From an uncultured Planctomycetales bacterium (GTDB taxonomy: Bacteria > Omnitrophota > Gorgyraeia > Zapsychrales > Fredricksoniimonadaceae), in assembly GCA_964483785.1 (NCBI GenBank), contig CAZACW010000009.1:1-58057 (forward strand): 58,057 nucleotides of DNA, read 5' to 3'. Both the position numbers and the translations under genes were made by a program. The notes below the pieces were generated by a model that searched no databases, was not told the origin of the DNA, and was given only the letters and a program-made list of their open reading frames with translations. Every line of letters begins with the position of its first letter. Position 1 is the first letter of the stretch. Positions 7,389-16,449 of the stretch are shown here, piece after piece.

Positions 7389-9446
7389 ATGTTTTCTGCC
7401 CTGGCCTTTCTTGCTCCTTGCCTTGTCTGGCTTTTTTTGATGCGCGATTTTATCCTTGGGCCGGTCCCGGTCAACATGGACACCAATACGATCTATGGGG
7501 TCGTTAAATTTTATTTTAATAATATCCTAAACGGAGTGGTGCCTTTATGGGAACCCTTTATCAGCCTGGGCCGGCCTTTTTACGCGATCTCCATCTGCAA
7601 TCTGTTTAATCCCGTCACCTTGCTCGTCCCCTTATTCAAGGTCCTTGGCATGGACTATGCCCATGCCTTTGCCGCCTATATCGTCGTTTATTTTTTTATC
7701 GGCTGTGCCGGGTTTTATGCCTTGGGCCTGGAGATTTTCAAGGACCGCGCCATGGCCTATCTGGCCTATGTGGCGCTGATTTTTTCCAGCCTGGGCGCCT
7801 CGATGTTTACCCAGCTGACCTTTGTGGAATTGGTTGTGCCCGCGATCTGGTTCTTTTTCTTTTTGCTGCGCTTTGCCCGACACCAGGACAAGGGTAATTT
7901 TCTGGGCCTGACTTTGACCGTGATGGTTTTGATCTCTTCCTATCTGCCGTTTTATTTTATGACGGTGTTTCTGTGTTTTGGCGCGGCCTATGTTCTTTTA
8001 TATGCCGGGCAGGTGCCGGTATTTTTCAAGGCCTTGCTGGGCTTTATGGCCAAACATTGGCGGCTGTCCTTGTTTTGTCTGATCGGCGTTGCGGCTGCCG
8101 CGGCGCCCCTGGCAGCCTATAAAATATTGGATTCCAGCGGGGATGTGGTGGCCCCTGGACGGCATTGCCAGTATTCCTCGGCGCAGGAATGTTATGACAG
8201 GACCATGGGACGCCAGGGCGGGATGTTGTCCCAGGAGATCATCCGCAGCGGCACGCTGGGAGAGCGCCTGGACCTTCAATATCTTTTTGGGCACTTGGAC
8301 AAGATTTCCTACGGCAGTGATTCCCTGTTTTTTTTGCCGGTCTGGGTCTATGTCCTGATCAGTCTTTCTCTTGTTCTGCCCTTGCGGCGCTTGACCGTGC
8401 TCTTAAGCGCCGTGGCCGTGCTCGTCGGGCTGATTGCCGCGGGAGGGGCCGGCGGCCTTTGGGGATTTTTGTACAAATATATCTTTTTCTTTGCCTACTT
8501 TCGCAATCTTTTTTTTCTGGGCGCTTTTCTGCTGCCCGTGGTCATTATGCTCGCGGTTTACCAACTGCAATTGCTTTTGAGCATCGACGTGCGCGCTCTT
8601 AGCGTCAAAAAATTGACGATCACCGGGGTGCTGGTCCTGCACGGCATCTGTTTTTGGTTTTTGAAACATTATGCCGGCGTTCCGTGGATCAGCTACGCGA
8701 CCTTGGGTTTGTCAGCCGCAGCGTTCACCTTTTATTTCAGCGGCGTTGTGCGCGTCCCTCCGCAGGCCTGGACCGGGATCTTTGCCGTCATCCTGGTGCT
8801 TCAACCCATCTGGGTGCTCAAGGTCTATGCCATGAATGCCCGGGAATTTGCCACGGTATTGCCTTCCATGCATGTCACGCCGGTCTTTAGCTGGGTGCGG
8901 CCTTTAAAGCCTGCCGTGGCCAGCGGCCGGATCTACCAGTTTGTTCACTATGAAGATTTTTGGTATGACATGAGCATGACCGATGCGCCGCCGAAGGTGG
9001 GTTATCCTCAATCGGTGAGCCGCTGGACCTTTGACCTTTCCGAACGCACGCCCGCGGATACGCTGGCTGAGTATGCCCAGTATAAAATTGTGCTTTACGA
9101 TGGCCTGACCCAGGAGGGCAGGCCTGTGTTCGGCCCCAGTCCGCTTTTGGATGTGGTCCATTTCGATGTCAATTCCTTGAAGCTTAAAACTGACTTTTCT
9201 CTCCCTCAAAAATTAGTCTATAACGACAGTTACACCAGTTCATGGAAGGCTTTTTTAGACGATAAACCCGTTGAACTGCTTAGGGTTAACGAGGCCTTCA
9301 AGGGCGTCCTGGTCCCGGCAGGGCAGCATACGGTGGAATTTTCCTATCATCCGCCGGGAGATGCCTGGGTTTATGGGGCCGCGACCTTGGCCCTTTTTAT
9401 TTTTTTGCTATTAACAGTCTTTATGTTATATTGTTCAAATCTTTAA
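7389..9446 (+). CDS. YfhO-family GT-C membrane protein
   Basis: Multi-TM with N-terminal GVVPLWEPFISLGRPF and a YfhO-type C-terminal domain (NDSYTSSWKAFLDDKPVELLRVNEAFKGVLVPAGQHTVEFSY). Start chosen at the ATG downstream of an extended -10. Confidence 0.8.
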   Translation: MFSALAFLAPCLVWLFLMRDFILGPVPVNMDTNTIYGVVKFYFNNILNGVVPLWEPFISLGRPFYAISICNLFNPVTLLVPLFKVLGMDYAHAFAAYIVVYFFIGCAGFYALGLEIFKDRAMAYLAYVALIFSSLGASMFTQLTFVELVVPAIWFFFFLLRFARHQDKGNFLGLTLTVMVLISSYLPFYFMTVFLCFGAAYVLLYAGQVPVFFKALLGFMAKHWRLSLFCLIGVAAAAAPLAAYKILDSSGDVVAPGRHCQYSSAQECYDRTMGRQGGMLSQEIIRSGTLGERLDLQYLFGHLDKISYGSDSLFFLPVWVYVLISLSLVLPLRRLTVLLSAVAVLVGLIAAGGAGGLWGFLYKYIFFFAYFRNLFFLGAFLLPVVIMLAVYQLQLLLSIDVRALSVKKLTITGVLVLHGICFWFLKHYAGVPWISYATLGLSAAAFTFYFSGVVRVPPQAWTGIFAVILVLQPIWVLKVYAMNAREFATVLPSMHVTPVFSWVRPLKPAVASGRIYQFVHYEDFWYDMSMTDAPPKVGYPQSVSRWTFDLSERTPADTLAEYAQYKIVLYDGLTQEGRPVFGPSPLLDVVHFDVNSLKLKTDFSLPQKLVYNDSYTSSWKAFLDDKPVELLRVNEAFKGVLVPAGQHTVEFSYHPPGDAWVYGAATLALFIFLLLTVFMLYCSNL

Positions 9447-9449
9447 TTT

Positions 9450-9671
9450 ATGATTAAGAATTTCTTGGCGCGCAATATTGTCTGGTGGGTGTTCTTGGGC
9501 CTGCTGTTGTCTCTTAGCGTCAACTGGCGCCTCTGCACCATCGAGCGGGGTAAATATCTTCTCGGGATTTATTTCAACGGCTATTTCAAAAATGCGGCGG
9601 ACGGCCTTGTGTATCAGGATTATTTAAAGACCCACGGCATTACCCATGAGTTCATTAAAGAAAATATTTGA
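9450..9671 (+). CDS. Small hypothetical protein with one N-terminal TM segment
   Basis: 73-aa ATG ORF starting 3 nt after the upstream stop; hydrophobic IVWWVFLGLLLSLSV. Confidence 0.6.
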   Translation: MIKNFLARNIVWWVFLGLLLSLSVNWRLCTIERGKYLLGIYFNGYFKNAADGLVYQDYLKTHGITHEFIKENI

Positions 9672-9675
9672 ACTC

Positions 9676-9916
9676 GGGACAGCGCCCTATTCTTTATATA
9701 CTAAAAAGGATGGCTTAACGGTGTTGCGCAAGAAACGGGGTATTTTCGCCGTCGGCAAGGTTTTACAACCTCCACAACCCCGGAGGTTGTGATGGACTTC
9801 AAACCATCACAACCTCCGGGGTTGTGGAGGTTTCTGAAGCAACACCGTTAAGCCGTCCTTATAAAACATGAAGACTTATAATAAAAATAGGGCGCTGTCC
9901 CCTATTTCCCCTATTT
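9676..9916. repeat. Three nested inverted-repeat pairs (REP/MITE-like)
   Basis: Outer pair GGGACAGCGCCCTATT 9676-9691 / 9886-9901 (family A). Middle 22-bp pair 9706-9727 / 9839-9860 with 1 mismatch. Inner perfect 29-bp pair 9767-9795 / 9804-9832 (family B). Confidence 0.9.
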
Positions 9917-9921
9917 AAATC

Positions 9922-10770
9922 ATGTATTTAAGACGACGATTCAGGCTCCTGCGTCAGAAGATCATCCGCTGGTGGCGCATGCATACCGTGGTCCCGCGCC
10001 TGCTGAGGTATAATCCCTACACCGGGTTTATCGGCCGCAGGCTTTTTCAATACATCCCGTTTTTTTTGCCTCACGATAAAAGTTATTACGGTTTCGCTCA
10101 TCTGGTGCATGAGGGCGACGGGCTTTTTTTGGACGTGGGGGCCAATGACGGCATCTCCGCCATCGGCTTTCGCCATGTGCACAGCGATTACCGCATCCTT
10201 TCCATCGAGCCTAATCTTTGCCATGAAGCCCACCTGAAAAACCTCAAAAAGCGCCTCAAGCGTTTCGACTACATGCTGGCCGGCGCCGGCCGCGAACGCC
10301 TGAAAATGACCCTGTACATTCCGGTGTACAACAGCGTGCCCATTTACACTGCAGCCTCTTTAAGGAAAGACCATGCCCTGCGCACCATGCTGGAACAGCA
10401 TGTGACCGCCGGGGAAAAGAACATCGTGATCCTCGAGCACACGGTGGATATTCTGCCTTTGGATGAACTGGAATTAAACCCCGATGTGGTCAAAATCGAT
10501 ACCGAAGGCTATGATTTCGAGGTCTTGCAGGGCATGAAAAAGACCATCGAGCGCTGCCGTCCTGTGGTCCTGATCGAATACAGCCCGGACAATTATCCCT
10601 TGCTCAAAGATTTTTTCGATATCTACCGCTACAGGCTGTTGACCTATGACCATGCCCGGGACCAGTTCCTGGCAACGGATGAAACGCTGGAAAAAGACTT
10701 TTATGCGCGCCAGAAAATAACGCGCAACATCTTTTGCGTGCCTGGGGATAAATTCCCGGGCATTGCCTGA
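9922..10770 (+). CDS. FkbM family SAM-dependent methyltransferase
   Basis: Motifs FLDVGANDG, SIEPN and VVKIDTEGYDFEVLQG...RPVVLIEY. Confidence 0.9.
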   Translation: MYLRRRFRLLRQKIIRWWRMHTVVPRLLRYNPYTGFIGRRLFQYIPFFLPHDKSYYGFAHLVHEGDGLFLDVGANDGISAIGFRHVHSDYRILSIEPNLCHEAHLKNLKKRLKRFDYMLAGAGRERLKMTLYIPVYNSVPIYTAASLRKDHALRTMLEQHVTAGEKNIVILEHTVDILPLDELELNPDVVKIDTEGYDFEVLQGMKKTIERCRPVVLIEYSPDNYPLLKDFFDIYRYRLLTYDHARDQFLATDETLEKDFYARQKITRNIFCVPGDKFPGIA

Positions 10771-10773
10771 CCT

Positions 10774-11283
10774 ATGGCCTATCTCTTGCTCGTCCTTGTC
10801 CTTTTTTGCGCCTTGGTGGCGGCGCATGTCTTGTTTTGCCGCCGTACTCATCGACCAGGCCTTCAGGCCAAGGCCTTTGTGCAGATGGCCTTTGGTTTTT
10901 GGGGCCTCTACGCGCTGGCAGCTATTGCCATCTCACATCATCTTAATCCGTATTCTTTATGGGGACTGCCGTTTGTATGGGCCGGGGAAATCATTTTCAT
11001 TCTCCTGGCGCCTGTTTATCTGTGTTTTTATGTGCTGACCCAATTGATGAGCCCCTCGAAAAAAATCCTGTTGGCCATCGCCCAAAAAGGGGAACTCTCC
11101 TACGACGGTATTGTGGAGGCTGTCCGCAAAGAAGATTTTATCATGACGCGTCTGCAGGATCTGTTAGTCAGCGGATGTGTGGAAGAAAAAGAAGGACGGT
11201 ATGTCCTTACATCCGAAGGCCGCAAAATTGAGATGACCTTGAATCTGATGCAGCTATGTCTCGGCCGCAAGGTGGGAGGGTAG
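10774..11283 (+). CDS. Membrane protein with C-terminal winged-helix-like domain
   Basis: Three hydrophobic segments, then RLQDLLVSGCVEEKEGRYVLTSEG (wHTH wing pattern). Confidence 0.7.
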   Translation: MAYLLLVLVLFCALVAAHVLFCRRTHRPGLQAKAFVQMAFGFWGLYALAAIAISHHLNPYSLWGLPFVWAGEIIFILLAPVYLCFYVLTQLMSPSKKILLAIAQKGELSYDGIVEAVRKEDFIMTRLQDLLVSGCVEEKEGRYVLTSEGRKIEMTLNLMQLCLGRKVGG

Positions 11284-11289
11284 GGCTTG

Positions 11290-11817
11290 ATGAGCATGGA
11301 TGCCATGACGATCGGCGCGGGCTTTTTGTCCTTCGCGCTTTTTTTGGCGGTGCATTTTATTACTTTTCGCTGGGTCAGGCCTGAGCGCCTGCTAAGGTCC
11401 CTGCTCATAGGCACAGTGCTGATGCTGGCCCTGCCCGCGGTCCTGATCTTTGGGTTGTGGTCTGTCAAGGCCGCTGATTTGAGTTTAGGGGCCTGGGTTT
11501 GCGCCGCGCTTGTCTCGTCGTTGATCGAGGGCCTGCTTTGTTTTTTCTATGTATTGTGCATTTTCGGGCCCTATGAAACCTCGGTGCGCATGCGCCTGGT
11601 GCGGGAAATTGCGGCAGGAGGGGCCTGCGGCATTACGTTCAAAGACCTGGATCAGCGCTATAACGCCGAAAGCATCGTGCAGGTGCGCCTGCAAAGGTTA
11701 TTGGGCTCAGGGGACATCGTTGAGCATAACGGGCTTTACCGGATCATCAGCCATAAGAATTTGTTTTTCATATTTGATGCCATCGCGGGAATTTTGAAAA
11801 AATGGATCGGACGATAA
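11290..11817 (+). CDS. Membrane protein with C-terminal winged-helix-like domain (same architecture as upstream gene)
   Basis: Three TM segments, then TSVRMRLV...RLQRLLGSGDIVEHNGLY; GGAGG upstream. Confidence 0.7.
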   Translation: MSMDAMTIGAGFLSFALFLAVHFITFRWVRPERLLRSLLIGTVLMLALPAVLIFGLWSVKAADLSLGAWVCAALVSSLIEGLLCFFYVLCIFGPYETSVRMRLVREIAAGGACGITFKDLDQRYNAESIVQVRLQRLLGSGDIVEHNGLYRIISHKNLFFIFDAIAGILKKWIGR

Positions 11818-14378
11818 AACAGGTCTTTTGGCTTTGCCTCGCCGCCCTGACAGGCTATCTGCTCATTTTTCCGGAAGTCTGCCTGAACAATGCCGTCAGC
11901 TTTTTGACCTGGGGCGATTATCTCATCGATTATCATTCCACCTTTGCCCTGACAGGGTTCTTTTACCAGGGCGGACTTCAGCTTTGGGACTTTTTCGGCC
12001 AGCTGCCCCACATGTTTTATTTTGTGACCCACGGGATGTTTCAGGTCCCTGCCATTTTGACCGCGGCAGTCTATATCGTCGGCTCGCCCTTTGCCGACCA
12101 TTCCGCGCGGTTTTTTTATCAAGTCTTTGCCTTTGTTTATCCTGGTTCACTGCTGGCCCTGCGGGTGGTGGGGATCTATCTTCTCTTGAGGCGCTTCAGC
12201 GACGATCCCTGGACCTTGCGGGCGGCCTCCGTCCTTGGCGCGCTCTTGTTTTCTCCGGCGGCATTTTATTTCGGCACCTTATACCAAAGTTTATTTCCCT
12301 TGATGATGCACTTTGTCCTTGAATACACCTTGACAGCCAAACGCAGGTACTTAGGCATGGGACTCTTGTTTCTATTATTGTCCTTCGGCCAGGGCATGGT
12401 GCATACCTGCTATCTTTATCTGGGCATCAATATGCTGATGGTCAGCTGTGCCATCTACAGCGCCATCCTGCACCGGGACAAATGGCATTTGTGGAAAGGG
12501 TTTTTCATCAAAAACAGCCGGGCCTTGAGGATGGGCGGGCTTTTTTTCCTGGTCTTGGGCCTGGTGATTATGGGGCCGTATATCTACATGCAGGTGATGT
12601 GCATGAAGGACTTGGATTTTGATGTCAGCCACAGCCGCCTGACCGGCATGTGGAGCATCGGGCATTATTTTCACGGCCTGATGCTGGACCAATCGCCTCC
12701 GTCGGATTTTTTCCGCCGCATGCTGGATTTTACCTTTACGCCCGGCCGTTCCTTCTTTTTGGGCTACATGGTCTTTTTTTTAAGCGGCCTGGCCCTGACC
12801 ATGTCCCTGGACCGGCGCAAATGGATTTTTGTCATGGCTGTTTTGCTCGTCTGGTTTCTTAATTTCCCCAAGGAGGGTTTCTCCGTCGGCCTGATCGGCC
12901 ACTGGGTCAATGTGCTGACCAATCCTTTGAAGGTGATGGTGCGCTCCTATCAGACCGCCATCAACGCTTTTATTTCGTACGCCTTATTGCCTTTGGCCTT
13001 GATGGGCTGGGGTGTGCTCAAGGACCTGGGCCGAAGGCCGGTGAGTTACTGGCGGCTGTTTTTGTTTGCTGTTTTTTGCGCGGTGTTTGCCGCCAACGGC
13101 TCCTCTGCCCAGCCTGTGATCGTCCAACATTATTTTGCCGCTTCCATGTTTTTTTCTCTGACCGCCATGGCCCTTTTGATCGCGACCCCGCACCGCGCTT
13201 ATTGCGGGCGTTTGGCCCAATGGATCCTGCTGGCCTTGCTTCTGACCGATGCCTCCCTGGCCGCCTGGCAGATGAAACATTACTTCAAGGAATATTGCAG
13301 TTTGCGTCCGCATTTTGTGGAGGTGTTGCCCGCCGAAGAAGGGGCTGTGGGCCTGGATTTTCGCAATCCCAAGGTCCTGCCCTTTGTCAATAAGACGGAC
13401 AGCTATGACATGGGCGATCAATCCTATCTTTGGACCCTGGCGGATTTGTCCTTGAATTTCAATACCCATATCAACCGTCAAAAATCCATTGAAGGCGCGG
13501 GTTTTGAGACGGCGCGCCATGTCTCTTTTATGGGCTGGCAGAAGAACGCGTCCATGAAGGCCTTTCTCGATCAAAATGACGACCTGTTCTTTTTCGCGCC
13601 TTATGCCGTACAGCAAGGGCCAGGGGTCTTTGAACATATGCTTAGGGGGGGCCTGGCCAGGGACGTGCTCATGGTCGACGGGACCGGCCCCTCCATCGGC
13701 AATGCCATCCCTGCGTCGATCCGGCCCAGGACCCCGGAGCCGGACCAATGGATGAGTGTAGTCAAGGAGATCAGGGACAGCTGGCCGGGCTGGGCGCATG
13801 AGAAGGCGATGGCGGTGTGGGACTTTCCCGTCGGGGGAGAGTTTCCGGGTTATTTCGCCACGGACATCATGGCCCATGATAAGTGGGTGAAATTTTTTAT
13901 CCAGTCCAGGGACCAAAATTACGCGGAATTGTCCCAGGCCCAGGGGCAGTTGGTGAGGCCCATGACCTATGATGTGCAGAACATCAAGGAAGGCAAGGTC
14001 TATGTGGCCTTGCCGGCGGAGCAATCTTATAAGGGATTTAAAGGAGTGCTCTTGTTTAAGATGAGAGACAAAAGCGGCATCACCTCGGTGTGGCGGCACA
14101 CAGGGGATGAGACCGGGATCAATTTCTGGGCGCCTTCCGACGGATGGCTGGGCATCCAATATCCCTTTGATCCCAAATGGCGGATTGAAGTAGACGGTAA
14201 ACCCGCGTCCTTCTGGCGGGCGGACCAAAGCTTCATCGGCGTGCCGCTGTCTCGCGGCGAACACCGGATATTGATCCGCTATTGGCCGGACTCCTGGCTG
14301 CGCTGGGGCCTGCCGCTATCAGCCACGGTAACCTTTATCCTGTTCATCCTGTTGATCATCGCGGCCTTGTATGCATAA
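11802..14378 (+). CDS. YfhO-family GT-C membrane protein
   Basis: 858 aa. YQGGLQLWDFF; many TMs; C-terminal PFDPKWRIEVDG...GVPLSRGEHRILIRYWP plus a final TM. Confidence 0.8.
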   Translation: MDRTIKQVFWLCLAALTGYLLIFPEVCLNNAVSFLTWGDYLIDYHSTFALTGFFYQGGLQLWDFFGQLPHMFYFVTHGMFQVPAILTAAVYIVGSPFADHSARFFYQVFAFVYPGSLLALRVVGIYLLLRRFSDDPWTLRAASVLGALLFSPAAFYFGTLYQSLFPLMMHFVLEYTLTAKRRYLGMGLLFLLLSFGQGMVHTCYLYLGINMLMVSCAIYSAILHRDKWHLWKGFFIKNSRALRMGGLFFLVLGLVIMGPYIYMQVMCMKDLDFDVSHSRLTGMWSIGHYFHGLMLDQSPPSDFFRRMLDFTFTPGRSFFLGYMVFFLSGLALTMSLDRRKWIFVMAVLLVWFLNFPKEGFSVGLIGHWVNVLTNPLKVMVRSYQTAINAFISYALLPLALMGWGVLKDLGRRPVSYWRLFLFAVFCAVFAANGSSAQPVIVQHYFAASMFFSLTAMALLIATPHRAYCGRLAQWILLALLLTDASLAAWQMKHYFKEYCSLRPHFVEVLPAEEGAVGLDFRNPKVLPFVNKTDSYDMGDQSYLWTLADLSLNFNTHINRQKSIEGAGFETARHVSFMGWQKNASMKAFLDQNDDLFFFAPYAVQQGPGVFEHMLRGGLARDVLMVDGTGPSIGNAIPASIRPRTPEPDQWMSVVKEIRDSWPGWAHEKAMAVWDFPVGGEFPGYFATDIMAHDKWVKFFIQSRDQNYAELSQAQGQLVRPMTYDVQNIKEGKVYVALPAEQSYKGFKGVLLFKMRDKSGITSVWRHTGDETGINFWAPSDGWLGIQYPFDPKWRIEVDGKPASFWRADQSFIGVPLSRGEHRILIRYWPDSWLRWGLPLSATVTFILFILLIIAALYA

Positions 14379-16449
14379 AAACTTTTTCGACAGAACAACG
14401 GTCAATATCATTGTCCTTTCCGTGCTGTCCTTGATGGAGGCCCTGCAGGTTTTGATCATCACGGCCCTGGTCTTTAGTTTCATCCCCATCAAGACGCCGG
14501 TGTTTGTGCAAAAATTGTATCCGCTTTCTTTATACGATGTGCGTCCGGAAAGAGAGGCCCTTTTTTACCATCTCTGGATCGCCGTTGGCCTTGGAGTGCT
14601 GGCCCTGCTCTTATTTTTGCATCGCCGCCGTATCGACGAGGATGGTTTGGCAAAAAATTTTTTGCCTTACATGGGCGTTACAGCGGCCTTGGTCTATGCC
14701 CAGATTTTCGCGGTATTTAAAATATTCCTGATGGGCGATCCCTGGTGGGCCAGGGACCTGCTTTATGCAGGCATTGTCCTTGGAATAGCGGCGCGGGTTT
14801 TTTGGCCTGAGCTTAAGCGCTGGCTCTTAGGGGCGGGGCAGTTTCTGCTGACTAAGACAATGCCGGCCAAGCTGGTTGGAGTGCTGGATGCCGGCGTCAT
14901 TGTTTTGCTTTTGTTTTTGGTCTTTGCCCCTGATCTTGGCAAGGTCTTGGGCCGCATCTTCGCCTATGACCGGTTTTATCATTTTGACAGTTTTATCATG
15001 GCCCCGGTCTGGGGCCATCACAACGGTCTTGTCCTGAATAAGGACATGAACAGCGAATACAGCTTGATTGTCCCCATAGTTTTTCACAAATTGATGAGTC
15101 TGACCGGAGAATTCTCTTACGCGCGCGCGGTCCAAATCATGATTACGCTCAGCGCGGCTTATTATTTTTTGTATTACGGCCTGTGGCGTTATTGGACCAA
15201 AAGTTTTGCCCTTTCCCTGTTTGCCATTTTGCTTTGCCTTAAACTTCAATTTTTTCATTGGGGCGTGGTGCCCTTGGTCTGGATTTTTCCCAGCGCAACA
15301 CCTTTAAGGTCCTTATGGGACGTGTTCTTGCTGTTGTGCATTCTGCGCTTCATCCAAAATTTTGACCTGCGCTGGCTTTTGGCCGCGTCCCTGTTTTGCG
15401 GCCTGGGCCTGGTCTGGACCCTGGATGTCGGGGTGTACATGTTCGGGGTCCTGGCTGTCACCGCGGCGGCGGCTGTGTATGAAAGGGGATGGAAGATGCT
15501 TTTTCCCGCAGCGGCGATTTTGTTATCAGCGTATGCACTGGCCCTGGGCATTCTCTATCATTTTTACGGTCCCCTCATTTGGGGCCATCTGTTTTGGGCC
15601 AATACCTTTGAATTTGCCTCGCTGTTTTTGCAGGGCTGGGGCGCCCTGCCCATCACCGACGGACTCAAAGACAAGCAGTTCTTTGCCTTTATCATGGGCT
15701 TGATGGTGCCGGTGGTTTATTTGGGGACCTTGCTCTATAGTCTGGGGCAGTATGTATTTCACCGCCGGCGGCCGCAACTTTTTATGGTGATCATCTGCTT
15801 TTACGGCCTTGGCCTGTACCATTATTTTATCCACCGCTCTGCTGTGACCAGTTATTATGCCGTGATTGTTCCGTTATTATTTGTCCTGCTGTTTTGGATC
15901 CAGGCCCTGCTGGGTTTTTTCAGCCAGCGAGGGCAGAGGGCCTTGAAGCTGTTTTTGTGCGCGTGGGCCTTGGGCGGCCTGTGCACCAGTTATCTGTTTA
16001 CCTATTATCCCAATGCCCTTAATCTTTCCGGCCTGGACTGGTCCAAGGAAAAAAATTTTTATGACAGCCAATTTGATTACGCCAGGGACGCGGCCTTGAT
16101 CGATCAATACACCCAGCCCCGGGAAGCCGTGGCCCTGGTGAGCAGTTTCGAGACCAAGATTTTAATGCAGGCCGACCGCCGGCCGTTTTTTTATTATTTC
16201 CCCATGATCGGGTCTGAGCATATGAACGAAAACAAATGCGGCAGCACCTACCTGCATACCTACGCGAGGCTGGACAGGACCTTGAAACAATTGCAGGACC
16301 AGAGGCCCTCCTATGTGTTTCTACAAAATTGCATGTATCAATGGGACCACACGGAGGTCGGATTAAAGGAATTAATAGGGTATATGCGCGACCATTACCA
16401 TTATGAGGCCCAGGGCCAGTATTTAACAGCCTTGAAAATCAATCCATGA
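14371..16449 (+). CDS. Polytopic membrane protein, GT-C-like family III (copy 1)
   Basis: Motifs DRFYHFD...NKDMNSEY, YPN, SSFETKILMQADRRPFFYYFP and GQYLTALK are shared with six paralogues. Confidence 0.75.
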   Translation: MHKNFFDRTTVNIIVLSVLSLMEALQVLIITALVFSFIPIKTPVFVQKLYPLSLYDVRPEREALFYHLWIAVGLGVLALLLFLHRRRIDEDGLAKNFLPYMGVTAALVYAQIFAVFKIFLMGDPWWARDLLYAGIVLGIAARVFWPELKRWLLGAGQFLLTKTMPAKLVGVLDAGVIVLLLFLVFAPDLGKVLGRIFAYDRFYHFDSFIMAPVWGHHNGLVLNKDMNSEYSLIVPIVFHKLMSLTGEFSYARAVQIMITLSAAYYFLYYGLWRYWTKSFALSLFAILLCLKLQFFHWGVVPLVWIFPSATPLRSLWDVFLLLCILRFIQNFDLRWLLAASLFCGLGLVWTLDVGVYMFGVLAVTAAAAVYERGWKMLFPAAAILLSAYALALGILYHFYGPLIWGHLFWANTFEFASLFLQGWGALPITDGLKDKQFFAFIMGLMVPVVYLGTLLYSLGQYVFHRRRPQLFMVIICFYGLGLYHYFIHRSAVTSYYAVIVPLLFVLLFWIQALLGFFSQRGQRALKLFLCAWALGGLCTSYLFTYYPNALNLSGLDWSKEKNFYDSQFDYARDAALIDQYTQPREAVALVSSFETKILMQADRRPFFYYFPMIGSEHMNENKCGSTYLHTYARLDRTLKQLQDQRPSYVFLQNCMYQWDHTEVGLKELIGYMRDHYHYEAQGQYLTALKINP

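Noticed and set aside
9676-9916. Possible CRISPR array or attC cassette sites
   Set aside because: Repeats are inverted and nested, not direct repeats with unique spacers; no cas or integron integrase gene is present.
12984-14264. 426-aa minus-strand ORF (and similar long antisense ORFs at 4109-5014, 37653-38444, 44003-44833)
   Set aside because: Antisense to well-supported genes, with no recognisable motifs; typical shadow ORFs of GC-rich coding sequence.
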